A stretch of DNA of 64,000 nucleotides from Pseudoalteromonas sp. (GTDB lineage Bacteria; Pseudomonadota; Gammaproteobacteria; Enterobacterales; Alteromonadaceae): positions 244,172-308,171 of the forward strand of contig NZ_JBALXK010000003.1 in assembly GCF_036960685.1 (NCBI RefSeq). The letters are read 5' to 3'. The notes below the pieces were generated by a model, which did not search any database, was not told where the DNA came from, and saw nothing but the letters and a program-made list of their open reading frames with translations. Position numbers and translations under genes: made by a program. Positions 58,759 through 64,000 of this stretch are shown one piece after another (within the stretch, counting starts at the first letter, position 1; every line of letters starts with the position of its first letter).

Positions 58759-59760
58759 TTACTTAACTAAGTTGTTTAGTTTGATTTGTGTAACGGCTGC
58801 CTTGGCTCGGCTTGCTTGCACATTCGCTTCAATAGTACTGATGGTTATATAGCCTTGCTCAAGTAATACGCCTTCACTGAGTTCACTTTCGTCATCCACT
58901 AAGCCCTGATCACGAGCGATGGAAACCCCAGCTTTGCCTTGATATTGCGCTTGCGCCATCGCGAGTGCCTGTTCATATGTTGCAGCATAACCTTTTGCTA
59001 AAATACCTTGTGCTACATAGGCCATGACTAGCTGATCTTGTGACATATCACCTGCAAATTTAACTTCAAGGCCGCCTGCATTCCAGCCTACTTGACTAAA
59101 CTTATAACCTAAGTGATTACTCATGTCCTCAGGTGTATTAACGTTTAAACCAGTAAACTTAGGTAATAAAGGTTGATTTACTTGTTTGTTAGTTACCAGT
59201 TCACTAACAATTTTTACGATAACATCAGCAACCATAGGTGCTTTTGTTTCATCAGCATCAAATGCACTCACTGCTATGGCCGGAATTCCACGAGCTATAA
59301 CGACATTTGCAGCGCCAAGCGTACCTGAATTATTGGTCATATAACCTAAGTTGTTGCCTTCATTAGGGCCTGATATCACTAAGTCTGGAAATTGCCCCCA
59401 TTTTTCTTGAGCCAGTACATCGATACCGTAAAGTGCGGCCATAACTGGCGTACCTTCAACAAAATCTGAAAAGGCAACGCTTTCATCAGTATCACCCACA
59501 CACACTTGATTTTGCTCTACTTTTGAACGGTCTACATTAACAGGCTCCATAAAATGAATAGCGCCACCTTTACCGCTTTGTCCGGTGCACGGTGCTGACA
59601 TAACAACGCTATGACCGGCTTCGGTCAATTTAGAGAATAAGGTTTGGATGTTACCGGTACTCCAGCTGTCGTCATTGGTAAGCACAATATTTAGTGCGCT
59701 TGCTGGCATAGATAGAGTGGCGGCTGCGATTGCTGCGGCTAATAAAGAGTAACTTTTCAT
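58759..59760 (-). CDS. surE: Secreted SurE-family 5'/3'-nucleotidase / acid phosphatase
   Basis: Sec signal peptide, then IVLTNDD, QSGKG, EGTP, SGPNEGNNLG, SGT and IPAIAVS motifs. Confidence 0.85.
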   Translation of the reverse strand: MKSYSLLAAAIAAATLSMPASALNIVLTNDDSWSTGNIQTLFSKLTEAGHSVVMSAPCTGQSGKGGAIHFMEPVNVDRSKVEQNQVCVGDTDESVAFSDFVEGTPVMAALYGIDVLAQEKWGQFPDLVISGPNEGNNLGYMTNNSGTLGAANVVIARGIPAIAVSAFDADETKAPMVADVIVKIVSELVTNKQVNQPLLPKFTGLNVNTPEDMSNHLGYKFSQVGWNAGGLEVKFAGDMSQDQLVMAYVAQGILAKGYAATYEQALAMAQAQYQGKAGVSIARDQGLVDDESELSEGVLLEQGYITISTIEANVQASRAKAAVTQIKLNNLVK

Positions 59761-59879
59761 AATACGTCCATTGAGTTTGGTTTGAATGCAAACACCATAG
59801 GAAGTTTTATTTACACTTTTGTGAATTAGATATTTCCGTCGTTTTAGAGATATCTTTTATTTTAACTTTATGTTTATTC

Positions 59880-60971
59880 TTATTTTATTGTTTTTCCTGC
59901 GCTGTTCAATCGGTATTTGTAACGTGCTGTTTTCGGGTCACGCTCGCTGATAAATAGATAATCATCAGCAAGGTCACCAATTGTCTTTTGTAGCTGAGCT
60001 TTAATTTTATTACGGTTTTGATCCAGCGTTTTACCTTTGAGCCCTTCTTCAGTTAAATCACGAATAGCCTTTTGGTGGCCGTTATAAGCTGTCATTAATT
60101 GGGCTAATTGTTCACCACTTTCTCTATCAGGTTTATTAGTTGGCGGGTTGGTGTAGGGAGGAAGTTTATTAATTTCTCGTTGGGCGTACCAATAATAGTA
60201 AAATAGCGGGGTTTTAGCTAAAAAAATTGTCAAGCCATGAATAACAACCTGTTGTTGTGAAAGGTTAAAAACGATTGCTTCAGGGGATCTTGCAACAGCA
60301 ATCGCAGCTGTTATTTTTAATTGGTTATTAACAGCAACAATAAACCATTTTAACTGCACTTCACTAAGCGAGTTTACTTGCTCATTGCGACACAATGCGT
60401 TTACCTCATCAGCTGTTAATTGCGTTTTTTCAATGAGTTGTTGATATAAAATCGACTCTATTTGCTGATGACTATCAGCTAAATTGACACCGAGACTGTG
60501 GTTATTTACTTTTAACACAATGTCAGTGATGAGTTTATTTAACAGCCTATGAAATTGAATAACGAATAAGCTCAGCAATAAACTTAGCAGTAGGGTATTA
60601 GCAATATTAAAATGAGGTTTTGTTGTCAGCTGCAGTGAAATACTGCCTTCACCGTATGGCCAAGTAAAGTCACTGACTGGTTTATTTGCTGTGTTGTTGA
60701 TTAATTTAATCTTCGTAACTTCAAGTTGCTTAAGTAGCTCGAAGAATAGGGGATTAGTAACGTCAACTCGACTCAACACTTCCAGTAAATGGTTGCTTAT
60801 ACGGGCTAATTCATCATCACTACTTACCGCGTTTTTTAGTGAGGCATTAGTTAGTGTTGGCAGCGCTTGCTTTAAAAAAAACTCTAATGAGTTAGCCGCA
60901 CTGTACCATGCGTGAAGGCATAAACATGTGCTTATTAGCACGCAAAGCAGACTATGTTTTAATTTTATCAT
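59880..60971 (-). CDS. Membrane-spanning hypothetical protein, putative one-component regulator
   Basis: N-terminal hydrophobic segment, second TM near residues 125-145, and a basic C-terminal region (TPLFYYYWY...KTLDQNRNKIK...YKYRL); ATGA coupling to the upstream gene. Confidence 0.65.
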   Translation of the reverse strand: MIKLKHSLLCVLISTCLCLHAWYSAANSLEFFLKQALPTLTNASLKNAVSSDDELARISNHLLEVLSRVDVTNPLFFELLKQLEVTKIKLINNTANKPVSDFTWPYGEGSISLQLTTKPHFNIANTLLLSLLLSLFVIQFHRLLNKLITDIVLKVNNHSLGVNLADSHQQIESILYQQLIEKTQLTADEVNALCRNEQVNSLSEVQLKWFIVAVNNQLKITAAIAVARSPEAIVFNLSQQQVVIHGLTIFLAKTPLFYYYWYAQREINKLPPYTNPPTNKPDRESGEQLAQLMTAYNGHQKAIRDLTEEGLKGKTLDQNRNKIKAQLQKTIGDLADDYLFISERDPKTARYKYRLNSAGKTIK

Positions 60972-61810
60972 TGAGTGAGTTCAGTTTGGGTTGTTTTATG
61001 CTGAGTGACTTTGCTAAATAATTGCTGCTGATAGTGGATGATAAGATTTTTAATTTTTGCTCGTAGCTGGGGCTCAGTATTGTTACTTATAATCCAGATA
61101 ACTTTAGAGTTTGTTTCTTTAAGCGGTCGTTTTTTATCTTTTGGCCAGTTTATCAAGGCACTATAACGGTCAACACTGGGTATCACATCAAGCTTCTTTT
61201 TTATAAAATCAGCAACTAATGCTTCCCTGCTTGGATACAAATGTATTTGTTGCGAAGTTAAAGAGATACCTGCTTGACTAAGCTGACTCATTGGCGAGAG
61301 GTAACCTGAAGCACTGTTTTTATCTGCTAATAAACCAACTTGTTTATTTGCAAAGTAATCTGCAGTAATTGCCATGTTACTTTGATGAGAAAACCAGTAA
61401 GTAGAGTAATTGGGCAAATTCAATATTACTTGATAAAAATCAGTCCAATTAGGTAACAGTCCCACTAGAGCATGCTCTCTGTATAGCATGACATCAAAAT
61501 TTTGTGCCATCATCACATCGCTGTTTAGAGATCCCCTTGGTTGCCAAGAGATGGTTACTTTACTGTATGCAGTATTTTTCAGGGTGTTATTGCATAGCTC
61601 TTGCGCAAGCGTAGATACTTGCCAATTAGTTGGGATATAGAGATTAAAATTGTTTTTTCCATTAGGGTTAACAACATCACATTGATAGGTATATAACTGG
61701 CCAAGTTCAGGGTTTTTTATTTGTGGAGATGAAATAATATAAATCAAAAAAAGAGTGAATATACCGAGCAATAAGTATTTAGTTAAAGTTAGTAAGAGTC
61801 GGTATTGCAT
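60968..61810 (-). CDS. Membrane-anchored PhnD/SsuA-like substrate-binding protein
   Basis: N-terminal TM; VGLLADKNSASGYLSP resembles the PhnD D..S.SGYL.P motif. Confidence 0.7.
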   Translation of the reverse strand: MQYRLLLTLTKYLLLGIFTLFLIYIISSPQIKNPELGQLYTYQCDVVNPNGKNNFNLYIPTNWQVSTLAQELCNNTLKNTAYSKVTISWQPRGSLNSDVMMAQNFDVMLYREHALVGLLPNWTDFYQVILNLPNYSTYWFSHQSNMAITADYFANKQVGLLADKNSASGYLSPMSQLSQAGISLTSQQIHLYPSREALVADFIKKKLDVIPSVDRYSALINWPKDKKRPLKETNSKVIWIISNNTEPQLRAKIKNLIIHYQQQLFSKVTQHKTTQTELTQ

Positions 61811-61856
61811 AGCCTGAGTAATTAGATGAAATAATTGTTAAATTTATCTTATCTAC

Positions 61857-61874
61857 ATGTCAGTTTCATGACAT
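61857..61874 (-). promoter_or_regulatory. Putative Pho box
   Basis: The minus strand reads ATGTCAT-GAAA-CTGACAT, each half 6/7 to CTGTCAT, with 11-bp period; 46 bp upstream of the PhnD-like ATG and in the sense orientation. Confidence 0.7.
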
Positions 61875-61981
61875 TTATTGCACTCTCAGTTGTTTCCCCT
61901 AAGTGGTGGCACTGAATCTATGCTACTGGTGCGCTTTGCTACAATAATCTTGGGTGTTTTACTTAAATTATAAAATAGGAG

Positions 61982-62392
61982 TTAGCAAAGCTGTTTTACT
62001 TCATCAAGTTGTATATGCTCTATCACAGGGTCATTTAGTAATATTTTAAACACGTTAGCTGCTTGGGATTTTTCAATATTGGCGCTGCTAAAATTAATGA
62101 TTTTGAACTGCCGCTTGATGGTTATGCCCGTAATCAAATTAAGCGGCTGTTGATGCTTGATTAGCACCGGTAATACTGTTTTTGTATCATCGTATTTTGC
62201 TAAAGCAAGTTTTGATACGTTAAATAAATCTTTAGCGAGTTTACCTGCATTAATAAATGGCACGACCGTATCAGGTATAAAGAATATATGCCCAAGTCGG
62301 TCACAACTTTGGCTTCCTGTGCAGTTCAGTGGCTTGACGATGTTATTACTGAACTCGATGACATCGCCATTGATCAAAGTAAATTGTGCCAT
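61982..62392 (-). CDS. Stand-alone S8 pro-domain paralog without a signal peptide
   Basis: FTLINGD...FFIP...DLFNVSKL...YDD...LPVLIKH...IQLD, colinear with the protease pro-region and with the 50368-50907 protein. Confidence 0.75.
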   Translation of the reverse strand: MAQFTLINGDVIEFSNNIVKPLNCTGSQSCDRLGHIFFIPDTVVPFINAGKLAKDLFNVSKLALAKYDDTKTVLPVLIKHQQPLNLITGITIKRQFKIINFSSANIEKSQAANVFKILLNDPVIEHIQLDEVKQLC

Positions 62393-62447
62393 TGCGCGTC
62401 TCGTTTATCGATTATTATTTATCATTTATTAGAGTCACAAAGCGAGA

Positions 62448-62969
62448 TCATAAGGTCTCGCTGTACTCAGTCATGATTTGTTCAACCCAGTTGGCTATTC
62501 GCTCATCACTGTGTTCGTATTGGCTGTCTTCATCAAGCGCTAAACCAACAAAGTGTTTGCCGTCTTCGGTGAGTGCTTTCGAGGCTTCAAATTCATAGCT
62601 ACTGTCATTAGGCCACATGCCTAATAAAGTAAATTGTTGGTCGCTTATTTCGTCATGCAACATGCCGAGTGCATCTTGAAACCATTGGCCGTAACCTTGT
62701 TGGTCACCCATGCCAAATAAAGCAATGGTTTTGCCGTTAAGGTCAACATCTTTAATGTCATCCCAAATTGATTCCCAATCTTCTTGTAACTCACCAAAAT
62801 CCCATGTCGAGATACCAAAGATGATAAAGTCGTAATTCTCTGCGTTTTTTAATGGTTCATCTTTGATGTTATGTAGGCTGACAATGTCTTGACCGATAAT
62901 ATCGCGGATTTTTTCTGCCGCTATTTCTGTATAGCATGTGGTAGAACCATAAAATAAACCAATTTGCAT
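62448..62969 (-). CDS. fldB: Flavodoxin FldB
   Basis: [29 protein letters not shown] and ALFGMGDQ; divergent from xerD. Confidence 0.93.
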   Translation of the reverse strand: MQIGLFYGSTTCYTEIAAEKIRDIIGQDIVSLHNIKDEPLKNAENYDFIIFGISTWDFGELQEDWESIWDDIKDVDLNGKTIALFGMGDQQGYGQWFQDALGMLHDEISDQQFTLLGMWPNDSSYEFEASKALTEDGKHFVGLALDEDSQYEHSDERIANWVEQIMTEYSETL

Positions 62970-63061
62970 CGTATTTATCACTGTGTATTTGCCTGATATG
63001 ATAGGCTGAAGTTTACCGTAAGGTATTATTAATTGATACCTTGATAACTATGAGAATAACT

Positions 63062-64000
63062 GTGACAACGTTACCTGATCATGAGTCATTAGACTCAGCC
63101 AATACAGATCACGACGAATTACTCAGTAATAGTGATTACCTTGAGTCTTTTTTAGATAACCTCTATTTAGAACAACACGTAAGCGATAATACGCTATCAG
63201 CCTATCGTAGTGATTTAGATAAGTTTTGCCGATTTTTAGAAGGCCAAGATCTATTGACGGTCTGCGCTCAAGATATCGAAAGTTACTTAGCTCATCGTGT
63301 TGATTTAGGTTTAAAGCCACGCAGCACCGCGCGTAGTATTAGCGCATTAAAGCGTTTTTATCAGTACTTTGTGCGCGAAAAACATATTACCGATTCGCCA
63401 ATGGTGAATATTGCCCAGCCTAAAGCGGGGCAGTCACTGCCTAAAACTTTGTCTGAAAACGAAGTTGAGGCATTACTTGCAGCGCCTAATGTTGAAGAGC
63501 CTATGGGGCTGCGTGATAAAGCCATGCTGGAATTATTATACGCCACAGGATTGCGGGTCAGTGAATTAGTAGGGCTTAGGATGGAGCAAATTAATTTGCG
63601 TCAATCGGTGGTTTTTGTAAAAGGTAAAGGCAATAAAGAGCGTTTAGTACCGCTTGGTGAAGAAGCCATGTATTGGTTAGAGCAGTTTTTAAAAGTAGGC
63701 CGAGCGCAAATGATCAAACATGCCACTGATTTTGTGTTTCCGTCAAAGCGTGGAGTAGGCATGACTCGACAAACTTTTTGGCATCGTATTAAACACTATG
63801 CTATTTTGGCAGCAGTTGAATCACCTTTATCGCCCCATACGTTGCGTCATGCGTTTGCAACACACTTACTAAATCATGGTGCAGACCTGCGGGTTGTGCA
63901 GATGATGTTAGGGCATAGTGATTTATCAACCACACAAATTTATACCCATGTTGCTAATGAAAGGTTAAAGTCGGTACATCAGCAACATCATCCGCGCGCT
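63062..64000 (+). CDS. xerD: Site-specific tyrosine recombinase XerD; the stop codon lies just past the window, so it is absent from the ORF track
   Basis: GTG start; SDNTLSAYRSDL, RDKAMLELLYATGLRVSELV, GKGNKERLVP, SPHTLRHAFATHLLNHGADLRVVQMMLGHSDLSTTQIYTHV, ending HHPRA at 64000. Confidence 0.95.
   Translation, partial: MTTLPDHESLDSANTDHDELLSNSDYLESFLDNLYLEQHVSDNTLSAYRSDLDKFCRFLEGQDLLTVCAQDIESYLAHRVDLGLKPRSTARSISALKRFYQYFVREKHITDSPMVNIAQPKAGQSLPKTLSENEVEALLAAPNVEEPMGLRDKAMLELLYATGLRVSELVGLRMEQINLRQSVVFVKGKGNKERLVPLGEEAMYWLEQFLKVGRAQMIKHATDFVFPSKRGVGMTRQTFWHRIKHYAILAAVESPLSPHTLRHAFATHLLNHGADLRVVQMMLGHSDLSTTQIYTHVANERLKSVHQQHHPRA

Noticed and set aside
1355-62598. Many 60-140 aa track ORFs nested in or antisense to longer genes (e.g. 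1355-1765, 12549-12824, 14707-15051, 24216-24572, 25928-26317, 31515-31826, 39915-40280, 62157-62598)
   Set aside because: They lie inside well-supported genes on another frame or strand and show no family motifs.
63123-63546. Track ORFs 63123-63320 and 63361-63546
   Set aside because: They are antisense shadows of xerD.
63062-64000. Tyrosine recombinase as a prophage or island integrase
   Set aside because: The sequence and the divergent fldB match housekeeping XerD; no att sites or phage genes are nearby.
1-64000. tRNA, rRNA, riboswitch or IS transposase
   Set aside because: I recognised none by eye; Infernal/Rfam, tRNAscan-SE and ISEScan would be needed to exclude small RNAs in gaps such as 33957-34302 and 50908-51246.

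Overview
A 64-kb chromosomal window from an AT-rich marine gammaproteobacterium, most likely Pseudoalteromonas or a close Alteromonadales relative (inferred from gene content and the fldB-xerD neighbourhood). It is gene-dense and mostly accessory. It holds two TonB-dependent receptors, a GH19-type chitinase, a GH43 glycosidase, PhoX, a secreted SurE, a delta-class carbonic anhydrase, a two-component pair, an MCP, corA, dps, betIBA with a BCCT transporter and porin, a 1320-aa subtilase, fldB, and xerD, which runs off the right edge and is missing from the ORF track. I saw no rRNA, tRNA, CRISPR array, transposase or prophage gene. Main observations: (1) two stand-alone genes encode only the pro-domain of the large S8 protease, one secreted and directly upstream of it, the other 11 kb away with no signal peptide, suggesting a free propeptide inhibitor/chaperone system; (2) a cluster headed by a Pho box encodes a PhnD-like membrane-anchored binding protein, a membrane-spanning putative regulator, a secreted SurE and a lipoprotein; (3) a low-GC islet carries a putative membrane-disrupting effector and two candidate immunity genes; (4) a Zur-like box and a CxxC/RxPP leader ORF precede a ZnuD-like receptor; (5) a near-consensus LexA box precedes a VRR-NUC/DEDDh nuclease fusion; (6) a ~162-bp MITE-like palindrome interrupts a decayed GAF gene; (7) there are several small lesions: two +1 homopolymer frameshifts that may be sequencing errors, and 24-bp and 10-bp tandem duplications. 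Family assignments come from motif recognition, not database searches.
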